DNA of 64,000 nt. Source: Saprospiraceae bacterium (lineage in GTDB: Bacteria > Bacteroidota > Bacteroidia > Chitinophagales > Saprospiraceae). A program made the translations under genes and the position numbers. The notes beneath the pieces are model-generated. The model made no database searches. It saw nothing but the letters and a program-made list of their open reading frames with translations, and had not been told where the DNA came from. Each line of letters begins with the position of its first letter. The first letter of the stretch is position 1. The stretch is from contig JAGQWR010000071.1 of NCBI GenBank assembly GCA_020437105.1, forward strand, positions 463 to 64,462. The letters run 5' to 3'. Below are positions 28,042-36,392 of the stretch, one piece after another.

Positions 28042-28896
28042 TTAGCAGATCAATTTATCATCCAGCACCAGGGGAATCCCCTGGATCTTGGTTTCCGCAT
28101 CGGGTAAAATTTCACAGTTATCCCACAGGCCGGTCATCAAAGTCTCTGCATATTCTGTTGGCAGCTCATTTGCAATCATTTTTTGGTGGGTCCGACTTTC
28201 GTCGAAATGGAGGGGATGGTGCCGAAATTCCATTGGTGAATTTTCTCCAGCCCAGTAAATGGTGCTAAACCAGATTCGGGTGGTACCATCATTGGCCGGC
28301 ATACCAATAACACCGGCATTCCACCATATATAATTTCCTATTTTTTCGCCGAAAGGCAAACCGCAGTGACCTGCCAGGATCACATCGGATTTAGAAGCCT
28401 CAAAATTGCGCGTTTTATGGTCGGTTGAGGTAGAGGCAAAAACGTATTCCGAAACACCGAAGTAAGAGCCGTGTACAACCCGGAATTTTTTGTTTCCAAA
28501 TTGAAAAGTCAGGTGATGCGGCAGGGTTTCCATCCATTCGAGAGCCTCTTCACTGACCATGCGACGCGCGTAAGGATACCAATGCCGGGAGAAAATATCG
28601 CAACGGGTTTCTTCCTCAAAATTGCACCCACAGTCATCCTGCCGCTCTCGTAGCTGAATTTCTACATTGCCGGCAATACAATGGATGCCCCAATCACGAA
28701 TCAGCTGCACACAGGCTTCCGGGTCGGCACAATAGGCTACGATGTCTCCGGTACAAATAATTCGATCTGGCGGAATTTGAAGGTTATCCGCCTTTGCTTT
28801 AAGGGCAAGCAGTGCTTCCAGATTACTGTAAACACCGCCAAATACTAAAAGCGATCCCGGATCGATCAGGCCAATATCTTTTGTCGTAAAATTCAT
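28042..28896 (-). CDS. Metallophosphoesterase family protein with a Cys-rich insert
   Basis: 284 aa. Contains LLVFGGVYSN, CTGDIVAY, IAGNVE and VILAGHCG motifs. An unusual RQDDCGCNFEEETRCD segment is present. Confidence 0.7.
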   Translation of the reverse strand: MNFTTKDIGLIDPGSLLVFGGVYSNLEALLALKAKADNLQIPPDRIICTGDIVAYCADPEACVQLIRDWGIHCIAGNVEIQLRERQDDCGCNFEEETRCDIFSRHWYPYARRMVSEEALEWMETLPHHLTFQFGNKKFRVVHGSYFGVSEYVFASTSTDHKTRNFEASKSDVILAGHCGLPFGEKIGNYIWWNAGVIGMPANDGTTRIWFSTIYWAGENSPMEFRHHPLHFDESRTHQKMIANELPTEYAETLMTGLWDNCEILPDAETKIQGIPLVLDDKLIC

Positions 28897-30236
28897 ACTC
28901 TTTTAAGTAAAAAGGGTGTCCAATACCCCAGAAAACAACAAAGGGTGCCAAATAGATTTACACTTAACAAATCACCGTATTTCCCCGGAAATATAACCCA
29001 GGCATCCGGATACAAGCCTAATGCCAACAGGATTCCAAACGAGACTCCGATGAGGATAGACAGGTAATACGATAAAACGGGAGCTGGTTTTTTCCAATGA
29101 ATAAAAACAGGCGCCAAGCCAATAACCATCGTGCCACTAACTGTGGTAGCTGAAAGAATTTCAGGACTAAACAAGATGGGAATGGTACCCAGAACAGTTA
29201 AGCCAGCCATAAAAATTCGGCCGCGTTTCAGACTAATCATTCGTCCACCTGCCAGATCCACTACGGCCAATTTTGAAAAAGAAGAAAAAGTGCTATCCAG
29301 CGTGGATGCCGCGGATGTGACCATAATAACATTCATCAGCAACATCATGCCGACACCCAGCGATTGGGCTACTTCAACCGGGGCCTGGCCCTCGAGTCCC
29401 TCAAACCGGGCATACACCCCCACCCAGGAAAACAACAAGATACAAGCTATGCCGATCCAGGTGGCCCAGAAAAAGCTTTTGCGAGTCAGTTGCGGACTGC
29501 TGATAAAAGCTCGATCGGTGAGCACCGGATCATGGAATGGATAACTAAAAACCTGTAAAAGAGCTACCAGCAACAGATTTACACCGGTAGAAAGCGACCA
29601 TTCTCCGCTTTGCACAAATTCCAGGACGGTATGCTCCGTTTTTGGCAAAAGAATCCCGAGGATGACAAACAACAATACTCCAAACAGGCCCATTTGAATA
29701 GCATCAGTGAGCAGGGAAGACTGCAGTCCGCCTTTTAAGGAATAAGCCAGGGTGAGCGCGGTAAAAATGCCCACCGCCCAAAAGTAGGGGCTACTACCCT
29801 GCTCTCCGAAATAACTGCCAATTACCATGGTATTAGACCAAACTTCATTAAAAAGCCTAAATGAAATCAGGAGGGAAAATAACCACATTGCCCGTTTTCC
29901 AAAGCGAGACGATAAAAAGTTATGGATGCTGGTAAACCCGCCATCCAGGCGCATTCGGTAAATGAGTTGGCCCGCCACCAGGAAAGACAGATAATAGGCC
30001 GCATAAGCTACACCGCCTACAAAACCGAAAGCCAGTCCCAGATTTGCGGCATTTGTGATAGATTTGGCAAATATCCAGGAGATAACAAGGCTACTCGTAA
30101 GCAACCAAAAGCCTGGTTCACCCTTGGTAGAAGAAGCCCGAAAAAACGAGGCTTCATTTTTTGACCAGGGCGAAAGCAGAAACAGTAGCAGGCTGCTTCC
30201 CAAAAGAATAATCCATTGCCAAAGTTGAATATCCAT
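28893..30236 (-). CDS. Sodium:solute symporter (SSS) family transporter
   Basis: 447 aa and polytopic. Contains FTSIHNFLSSRFGKR and LKGGLQSSLLTDAIQ, which are SSS-like motifs. Its stop overlaps the start of the phosphoesterase gene by 4 nt (ATGA). Confidence 0.7.
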   Translation of the reverse strand: MDIQLWQWIILLGSSLLLFLLSPWSKNEASFFRASSTKGEPGFWLLTSSLVISWIFAKSITNAANLGLAFGFVGGVAYAAYYLSFLVAGQLIYRMRLDGGFTSIHNFLSSRFGKRAMWLFSLLISFRLFNEVWSNTMVIGSYFGEQGSSPYFWAVGIFTALTLAYSLKGGLQSSLLTDAIQMGLFGVLLFVILGILLPKTEHTVLEFVQSGEWSLSTGVNLLLVALLQVFSYPFHDPVLTDRAFISSPQLTRKSFFWATWIGIACILLFSWVGVYARFEGLEGQAPVEVAQSLGVGMMLLMNVIMVTSAASTLDSTFSSFSKLAVVDLAGGRMISLKRGRIFMAGLTVLGTIPILFSPEILSATTVSGTMVIGLAPVFIHWKKPAPVLSYYLSILIGVSFGILLALGLYPDAWVIFPGKYGDLLSVNLFGTLCCFLGYWTPFLLKRV

Positions 30237-30407
30237 TACAAGTTAAATTGCCGGCAAGATGCATTTTTTTCCATTATTGGAGAAAAGCTCTGGTATGATA
30301 TACGGTCATAATTGAGGAAACGGACACAATTAACACAGAATTAATATTCAACTTTAGGTATAAAAAGATAATTTGCCGTGTTTCACCGATCATTTCAAAA
30401 AAAGTGA

Positions 30408-31436
30408 ATGGAAATAACACCTATTATCATGTGGTTGGGGTTTGCTTTGGCTTCCTATTCTGTTGTTGGCAACGATGTAATCCAGACACTTGGCACCTTC
30501 CTAACCTCCAATGAAAAACGGGTGCAATGGTGGGTTTTATGGCTTTACGCCGGATTGATACTTTCGTATGTATTGATTAACGGGTATATGCTATCGGATA
30601 TTGATTACGGAAGGCTTGATAAGTTTACCTTTCCGGAAATCTATAACTGGTATTATCTTTTACCCCCCTTGGTGCTGCTGGTCATAACCCGTTGGGGAAT
30701 TCCGGTGAGTACGACCTTTATGATCCTGACCCTGTTTTCCTTATCAGACATTCCGAATGATTTGGGGGCCATGGCCGGAAGTGTATTTGATACCGGAACA
30801 AAATTAGGTGGCATGATCCAGAAGTCCATGATGGGCTACCTGATTGCCTTTAGTGCTGCCATAGTCATATACCTCTCTATTTCCAGGCTGACGGAAAAGT
30901 ATTTCATTGAACATCCTATCACCAAAAACGGGAGTATTCTCTGGACGATCGGGCAATGGTTTACCACGGGATTTTTATGGTTTCAGTGGTTAACACAGGA
31001 TTTGGCAAACATATATATCTATCTAAAGGGTGGAATGGAATTAACTGTTGTCCAGTTTTCTATTTCGCTGGTCATTCTGCTCGGACTGCTTGGATATATA
31101 TTTTATTCCCGTGGTGGATCTGTTCAACAGGTAGTGCGGGAGAAAACAAATACGGCAGATATCCGGTCTGCTACCTTTGTGGATTTGATTTACGGAATCA
31201 TCCTTTACATCTTTAAGGACGACTATTTCGGCTTATGGGGTGGCAAACTACCAATGAGTACGACCTGGGTATTTATCGGGTTGCTCGCAGGCCGGGAACT
31301 GGGTATTCGCCTGTCTTTGGAAAAAAGAATTACAAACAAGGTTGGGAAAATGGTTGTGCGGGATTTGGGGAAAATTTTCTTCGGATTACTGGTCAGTATT
31401 ATCCTTGTATTCCTGATCAAGTTGATTGCAACTTAG
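30408..31436 (+). CDS. Polytopic membrane protein, distantly PiT (inorganic phosphate transporter/PHO4)-like
   Basis: 342 aa. VVGNDVIQTLGT resembles the PiT GANDVANA motif. MSTTWVFIGLLAGRELG resembles the second PiT signature (STTH..G...G). This is a weak similarity judged by eye. Confidence 0.45.
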   Translation: MEITPIIMWLGFALASYSVVGNDVIQTLGTFLTSNEKRVQWWVLWLYAGLILSYVLINGYMLSDIDYGRLDKFTFPEIYNWYYLLPPLVLLVITRWGIPVSTTFMILTLFSLSDIPNDLGAMAGSVFDTGTKLGGMIQKSMMGYLIAFSAAIVIYLSISRLTEKYFIEHPITKNGSILWTIGQWFTTGFLWFQWLTQDLANIYIYLKGGMELTVVQFSISLVILLGLLGYIFYSRGGSVQQVVREKTNTADIRSATFVDLIYGIILYIFKDDYFGLWGGKLPMSTTWVFIGLLAGRELGIRLSLEKRITNKVGKMVVRDLGKIFFGLLVSIILVFLIKLIAT

Positions 31437-31437
31437 G

Positions 31438-32346
31438 CTACCACAGGTAAATTTTTTGATCCTTATAATTGATGGAAACTTTGTTTGCCACAAAAAAACC
31501 GGCTCCAAGTAGTCCGTCAATTTGAAGATCCTGACCGGAAATTCCCCGGAAGGAAGTCCATTGAAACTCCCCCTGATTATAGGCTTCCCCACCAATACTG
31601 ACATCTTTGAACGTTACGATAGAAGTCATTTCGCCGGTACCATCCAGGCCCCGCAGGAAACCCGTGCAACAGGCATTTTCAACCAAGGGCGCAAGTTTTT
31701 CCTGATATCGGTCATGAATTAGATTTACGGATGCCCCACAATCAATACCAAACCGGTATTTCTTGTTGCCTATTTTAACTTTTACAACAGGCAGGTGCTG
31801 CTGCATTTGAAAGGGAATCACTGCTTTTGGGGTGTGAAATTTATCCGGACCACTTCCCAAGGGAAAAAATAACAACTTTCTGTTGGAATAATCGAGTAAT
31901 ATCTCATAGCCATCCAATAATTCAAAGCCAACGAGTCCTAACAAATTGCGGTCAATTGAGCTAGCCAGGTGGCTCATATCAATAGCATAGCCGTGAATAT
32001 GCTCCAATTCGAGTCCGGCCCATTGGAGGCTTTCTACAAAGCGCTGACCAACAGCTACATCGCCTCCGATGCCGTTGGCCTCTAATGATGGATCTGCTTC
32101 CGTTTTTTCATTTACTATTAAACCGGGAGCACCGGTGTCCAGAATAAAAGAACCAACTTCTCCTTCCATGGCACCAGCAATTACAATGAGGCCATTGATG
32201 ATCTCAAAATCAACCTCCATGGGAGTAGTAGCTGAATAAACGTAGAGGTTGGCCGGGATGCTGGTCTCCAAAAGAGCGACTTCCCGCTGGGCGAATAGTA
32301 CCCCGGAAAGAAATAAAAAAATGAATATGGATTTCAGCTTTTTCAT
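31438..32346 (-). CDS. Secreted retropepsin-like (two-lobed) aspartyl protease
   Basis: Two Asp motifs are present: SFILDTGAPGLIVN and FGIDCGASVNLI. The start is taken at MKKLKSIFIFLFLSGVLFAQ (32346) because a TAACTTTG promoter box lies at 32401-32408. The ORF track start at 32475 lies upstream of that box. Confidence 0.7.
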   Translation of the reverse strand: MKKLKSIFIFLFLSGVLFAQREVALLETSIPANLYVYSATTPMEVDFEIINGLIVIAGAMEGEVGSFILDTGAPGLIVNEKTEADPSLEANGIGGDVAVGQRFVESLQWAGLELEHIHGYAIDMSHLASSIDRNLLGLVGFELLDGYEILLDYSNRKLLFFPLGSGPDKFHTPKAVIPFQMQQHLPVVKVKIGNKKYRFGIDCGASVNLIHDRYQEKLAPLVENACCTGFLRGLDGTGEMTSIVTFKDVSIGGEAYNQGEFQWTSFRGISGQDLQIDGLLGAGFFVANKVSINYKDQKIYLW

Positions 32347-32400
32347 GCCCCTCTCTTTTAACCAATAATTCCAAACAAAAATCCTTACCTGGATTTTACA

Positions 32401-32408
32401 CAAAGTTA
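32401..32408 (-). promoter_or_regulatory. -7 promoter box TAACTTTG for the aspartyl protease gene
   Basis: The plus strand reads caaagtta, an exact TAnnTTTG on the minus strand, 55 nt upstream of the ATG at 32346. Confidence 0.5.
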
Positions 32409-32450
32409 ACACTAAATTAACATTGGAAAGTTCCTTTTGGTTGATTATTA

Positions 32451-32529
32451 TTCGCTTCGCGAAGGTTTTACGCATTTAATGCGGTAAATTCGAGTGTTGG
32501 AGCATAAGGAATTAAAAATTCAACATTCA
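32451..32529. repeat. Hairpin-word mosaic sharing blocks with 2789-2848 and with the etfB-etfA spacer
   Basis: ttcgcttcgcgaaggttt (32451-32468) is identical to 2789-2806. ggaattaaaaattcaacattca (32508-32529) is the reverse complement of tgaatgttgaattTttaattcc. That compares with tgaatgttgaattcttaattct at 59051-59072. Confidence 0.7.
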
Positions 32530-32564
32530 AAATTCTATTTGTTGGTCATTACTGAAGAATATTA

Positions 32565-32572
32565 TACCTTTG
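32565..32572 (+). promoter_or_regulatory. -7 promoter box TACCTTTG for the SRP RNA
   Basis: Exact TAnnTTTG with a TTTG at 32538-32541 as a possible -33 element. The RNA helix begins a few nt downstream. Confidence 0.55.
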
Positions 32573-32574
32573 CC

Positions 32575-32675
32575 GCTGGTGAGGGTCATACGACCAGCTC
32601 CTGCTGAATTCCCCCAGGCCGGAAACGGAGCAAGGGTAGGTGGTCGTAGCGGTGCGGTGTGATTTCTCACCAATT
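32575..32675 (+). ncRNA. ffs: Signal recognition particle RNA (small bacterial 4.5S type)
   Basis: caggccggaaacggagcaagggtagg matches the conserved helix-8 core (compare E. coli CAGGUCCGGAAGGAAGCAGCCAAGGCAG) with a GGAA tetraloop. The 5' tggtgag pairs with the 3' ctcacca. A U-run lies at 32674-32682. The ends are approximate. Confidence 0.8.
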
Positions 32676-32709
32676 TTTTTTTAGCCCTTCCCTTCTTCTT
32701 CCCGCTTTG

Positions 32710-32717
32710 TACCTTTG
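32710..32717 (+). promoter_or_regulatory. -7 promoter box TACCTTTG for fsa
   Basis: Exact TAnnTTTG, 27 nt upstream of the ATG at 32744. Confidence 0.5.
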
Positions 32718-32743
32718 CTGCAAATTAATTAACACAACTCTAT

Positions 32744-33400
32744 ATGAAGTTTTTCATCGATACAGCCAGCCTGGATCAAATTGCAGAAGCACGTGATCTT
32801 GGTATCCTTGATGGCGTAACAACCAACCCTTCTCTAATGGCTAAAGAAGGTATTACCGGAGAAGCAAATATATTGGCACACTACAAAAAGATCTGTGATC
32901 TGGTAGAAGGAGATGTCAGTGCAGAAGTGATCAGTACTGACTTTGCGGGAATGATTGCAGAGGGTCGTAAACTAGTAGAGATCGCTCCAAATATTGTTGT
33001 TAAAGTACCGATGACAAAAGATGGCGTCAAGGCCATTTGCTGGTTTACCGAAAACGGAATCCGTACTAATTGTACCCTTGTATTTTCTCCTGGTCAGGCC
33101 ATTTTGGCTGCGAAAGCCGGCGCCACATACCTCTCCCCTTTTCTGGGGCGGATTGACGACACAACCTGGAATGGCATTCAGCTGATCGAGGAAATAAGCG
33201 AAATCTTTGCTATCCAGGGTTTTGATACGGAAATTCTGGCAGCCTCCATCCGTTCTGCTAAACATATAGTAGAAGCAGCTAAAGCAGGTGCAGACATTGT
33301 CACTTGTCCGCTTAGCTCTATCCTCGGACTTCTAAATCACCCACTTACGGATATCGGACTGGCACAATTTCTGGCCGATTACCAGAAGGGGAATAGATAG
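32744..33400 (+). CDS. fsa: Fructose-6-phosphate aldolase / short (type 3B) transaldolase
   Basis: 218 aa. Contains [13 protein letters not shown]...GVTTNPSL...IVVKVPMT..G...[13 protein letters not shown], the classic short Tal/Fsa pattern. Confidence 0.9.
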   Translation: MKFFIDTASLDQIAEARDLGILDGVTTNPSLMAKEGITGEANILAHYKKICDLVEGDVSAEVISTDFAGMIAEGRKLVEIAPNIVVKVPMTKDGVKAICWFTENGIRTNCTLVFSPGQAILAAKAGATYLSPFLGRIDDTTWNGIQLIEEISEIFAIQGFDTEILAASIRSAKHIVEAAKAGADIVTCPLSSILGLLNHPLTDIGLAQFLADYQKGNR

Positions 33401-33408
33401 GAGGTAGT

Positions 33409-34782
33409 TTGAGTTTGAGTTTGGGTTTGGGTTTGGCACTTTTCTTAGTGATTGCCTTCTCCTTTCCGGGTACGGGCGATTCTGGCGATAGTGTCATGCA
33501 CTTCCTGGTAGCGCACTATGCCTTTTTACATCCCGAACTTTTTCTGGATCATTGGGGAAAACCCGTGTTTACGCTCTTTAGTGCACCCTTTGCCTATTTT
33601 GGCTTTGTCGGGATGAAAATATTTAATGTACTGGCAGCAATGGGCACCATGCTTTTGCTGACCAACATGGGCGGGCGGCTGGCTATAGCGAAACCTTGGT
33701 CAGCCGCCGGTTTTCTTATTTTATCGCCCGGTTATTTTCTCCTTATTTTTTCTGGTCTCACAGAACCTTTTTTTGGCTTTTTGCTATGCCTGGCAGCCTG
33801 GCTGCTCCTGCTTGATAAATGGCAATTATCAGCATTAGTCATTTCACTGCTGCCATTTGTACGTCCGGAAGGATTATTCTTTATTGGCCTTTTTAGCTTT
33901 TACTTCCTGCTCCACCGAAAATTCCGTTTTTTGCCCTGGTTTCTGTTTGGCCACCTGGCGCTTATGCTGATTGGATGGCCTTATTTCAAGGATCCGTTTT
34001 GGGTTTTCAACCGAATGACCAATGCCGTTTCGGGTGTTTATTATCACCCCGGCGGTGATCCCTGGCATTTTATACGGCAGTTATTTTATATGTTGGGACC
34101 TATCGTGTACGGGCTTTTTATAATCGGGCTGGCGGGGGTATTTAAACAGGCCTGGAAAAAATGGCCCCGGCCATTTACGTTCCAACTAAGCATCCTGGCA
34201 GGGAGCATTTTGATATTCATTATTGCGCACAGCATTTTTTGGTACTTCGGAATATTTAAATCGATGGGACTGGTGCGGGTACTGATTTGCATCATTCCGC
34301 TGATCTGCCTTTTAGCAGCTCAGGGCTTTCAGACACTGCTTCAGTTGGCCAACGCTCATCCCAGGATACGGGTGCTTCTGACTAGTCTGGTGCTCTTGTT
34401 AGCCCTCGTCTTTCCTTTTAGCGGCAACAAGGCATCCATCAATTGGTTTGATGATTTCAGGTATAGCGCTGACCAACAATTGATTCTGGATCTGGGTGAT
34501 ACATTACATTCCATTGATCCGGAGTATAGGCAGCACATTCGGGCTTATTCACACCCTTCTATTCCCTTCCTCTTTCAATTTGATCCATTTTTGCCGGAAA
34601 TTTCCAGGACGGTACATCCTTCAGCGCTTACTGCCTTACCAGATGGCAGTCTGATAATTTGGGACAATTGGTATTCTGTCACAGAAAATCAAACCGAGGC
34701 AGCTGACCTGGAAAGCCTGGGATTTATCCAAATTGGAAATTTTTCGGACGGCCGTTTTGAGTTTCTGGTGTACCAAAAATAG
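33409..34782 (+). CDS. Polytopic membrane protein, GT-C fold glycosyltransferase-like (ArnT/PMT-like), putative
   Basis: 457 aa with more than 10 predicted TM segments. An acidic first loop is present (GTGDSGDSVMHF). It starts at TTG 33409, inside a gtttga/gtttgg hexamer run. The family assignment is tentative. Confidence 0.5.
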   Translation: MSLSLGLGLALFLVIAFSFPGTGDSGDSVMHFLVAHYAFLHPELFLDHWGKPVFTLFSAPFAYFGFVGMKIFNVLAAMGTMLLLTNMGGRLAIAKPWSAAGFLILSPGYFLLIFSGLTEPFFGFLLCLAAWLLLLDKWQLSALVISLLPFVRPEGLFFIGLFSFYFLLHRKFRFLPWFLFGHLALMLIGWPYFKDPFWVFNRMTNAVSGVYYHPGGDPWHFIRQLFYMLGPIVYGLFIIGLAGVFKQAWKKWPRPFTFQLSILAGSILIFIIAHSIFWYFGIFKSMGLVRVLICIIPLICLLAAQGFQTLLQLANAHPRIRVLLTSLVLLLALVFPFSGNKASINWFDDFRYSADQQLILDLGDTLHSIDPEYRQHIRAYSHPSIPFLFQFDPFLPEISRTVHPSALTALPDGSLIIWDNWYSVTENQTEAADLESLGFIQIGNFSDGRFEFLVYQK

Positions 34783-34883
34783 TGCCTAAACAAGCACCTC
34801 ATTCGCCGAAAGGCAGGTTTCTTAAAAATTCAATCTACTTTATCCATTGAATCCGTATTATTGGTTTCAATTAAAAACCATTT

Positions 34884-36089
34884 ATGGATCTTGACTATAT
34901 CATCAACCACCTCGGGGAAACGCGTTCCGATTATTTTAATGCCGTTTCTCCGCCCATCATTCAAAGCAGTAATTTTGCTTTTGAAACCCTAAACGATTTC
35001 AGGGAAGCCATTGCCAACGAATCAAAGGCAACAATTTATACCCGCGGTAATAATCCGACCGTACGTATTTTATGCCGGAAACTGGCGGCTTTGGAAAGCG
35101 CTGAGAACGCCTTGGTATTTGCCAGCGGCAGTGCAGCCATCGGAATGGCTGTTATCAGTCAGGTGCAGTCGGGCGATCACATTGTCTGTGTACAGAAACC
35201 CTATTCCTGGACCACCAAATTGCTGCAGAATTTCCTTGCACGATTCGGCGTAAGCCACACCTTTGTGGACGGCCGTAATCTGGCCGAAATTGAAGCCGCT
35301 ATTCAACCCAATACCCGGTTGTTATACCTGGAAAGTCCCAATTCTTTGACCTTTGAACTACAGGACCTGGAAGCCTGTGTCAGCCTGGCAAAAAAGCACC
35401 AGCTGCTAACCTGCATTGACAATAGCTATGCCTCGCCTTTGTATCAAAAACCGATCGAGTACGGCGTAGATATTGTCATTCATTCAGGTACCAAATATTT
35501 GAATGGACATTCGGACGTCGTCTTTGGTGTTATTTGCTCGAGTAATGCGATTATTGAGAAAATCTTCCACGGAGAATACATGACACTTGGGGGGATTATG
35601 TCGCCCCATGATGCAGGGCTGGTCTTGCGCGGCTTGCGCACACTCCCCCTCCGACTGGAGCGATCCAGTAGCTCGGCCGAGAAAATCGCCACTTTTTTGA
35701 GCACCCATCCGCAAGTAGAGTCTATTGTTTATCCTGGCCACCCGAGTTTCCCGCAGTATGAACTGGCACAAAAACAAATGGCCCGCTCAGGCGGATTACT
35801 AAGTTTTTACCTCCGCGCAGATACGATAGAAGTCTCTGAACACTTCTTTCATCAACTGGAGCGCTTCTTATTAGCTGTTTCCTGGGGTGGACATGAATCA
35901 TTAGTTCTGCCCACGGCAGCGTTCCACCGCATTCCGGGCCAGGCAGATTCCCCGTTGCCCTGGAATCTCTTTAGACTGTACATTGGTTTGGAGGATCCTG
36001 ATTGGCTGATAGCAGATTTGGAGCGGGCCTTTCAAAGCTGCCTGAACCTGGAGATCAGGCAAAAAACAATACCGGATCGAAAGTCTTAA
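34884..36089 (+). CDS. PLP-dependent Cys/Met-metabolism enzyme (cystathionine gamma-synthase/beta-lyase/methionine gamma-lyase family)
   Basis: 401 aa. Contains YTRGNNPT, the DNSYASP motif and HSGTKYLNGHSDV, the PLP lysine motif. Confidence 0.85.
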   Translation: MDLDYIINHLGETRSDYFNAVSPPIIQSSNFAFETLNDFREAIANESKATIYTRGNNPTVRILCRKLAALESAENALVFASGSAAIGMAVISQVQSGDHIVCVQKPYSWTTKLLQNFLARFGVSHTFVDGRNLAEIEAAIQPNTRLLYLESPNSLTFELQDLEACVSLAKKHQLLTCIDNSYASPLYQKPIEYGVDIVIHSGTKYLNGHSDVVFGVICSSNAIIEKIFHGEYMTLGGIMSPHDAGLVLRGLRTLPLRLERSSSSAEKIATFLSTHPQVESIVYPGHPSFPQYELAQKQMARSGGLLSFYLRADTIEVSEHFFHQLERFLLAVSWGGHESLVLPTAAFHRIPGQADSPLPWNLFRLYIGLEDPDWLIADLERAFQSCLNLEIRQKTIPDRKS

Positions 36090-36274
36090 AATTTTCTTAA
36101 CAAAGTATTTGCTTATTGTCGTGATTACATTATCTTAGCTCCGAACATTCGCTTTAAGAACAAGCAATATTCAATTCTTTGTTCTTAAAGCTGGCGCCAA
36201 TTAAAAATATTCTACTGGCTTTTAGCCAAATGTTTTATAAAAAACAAAGAATTAACAGTCGGGTGATTTCTTAC

Positions 36275-36312
36275 AAGAGCGAAGTCAATTAAAAAACCTT
36301 CGCTCTTTTTTA
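36275..36312 (+). terminator. Intrinsic terminator ~80 nt upstream of the SSS symporter start (attenuator or sRNA terminator)
   Basis: aagagcgaag (36275-36284) pairs with cttcgctctt (36298-36307), followed by tttttatttcg. Confidence 0.6.
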
Positions 36313-36392
36313 TTTCGAGATTATTCTTGTTTTTGCCTGAACTCCATCGAATTGATTTAAACACACACTTTTATCAAACAAGTATTTTCAAT

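Noticed and set aside
32347-32475. 43-aa N-terminal extension of the aspartyl protease ORF. Similar upstream extensions lie at 942..1004, 18604..18678, 36327..36392, 40536..40568, 44602..44664 and 59833..59865.
   Set aside because: The internal Met gives a canonical signal peptide, lipobox or conserved family N-terminus. In several cases an exact promoter box lies inside the extension.
34783-34883. SAM or other riboswitch upstream of the Cys/Met-metabolism PLP enzyme
   Set aside because: Only ~100 nt are available and no SAM-I, SAM-II or SAM-SAH core motifs are visible.
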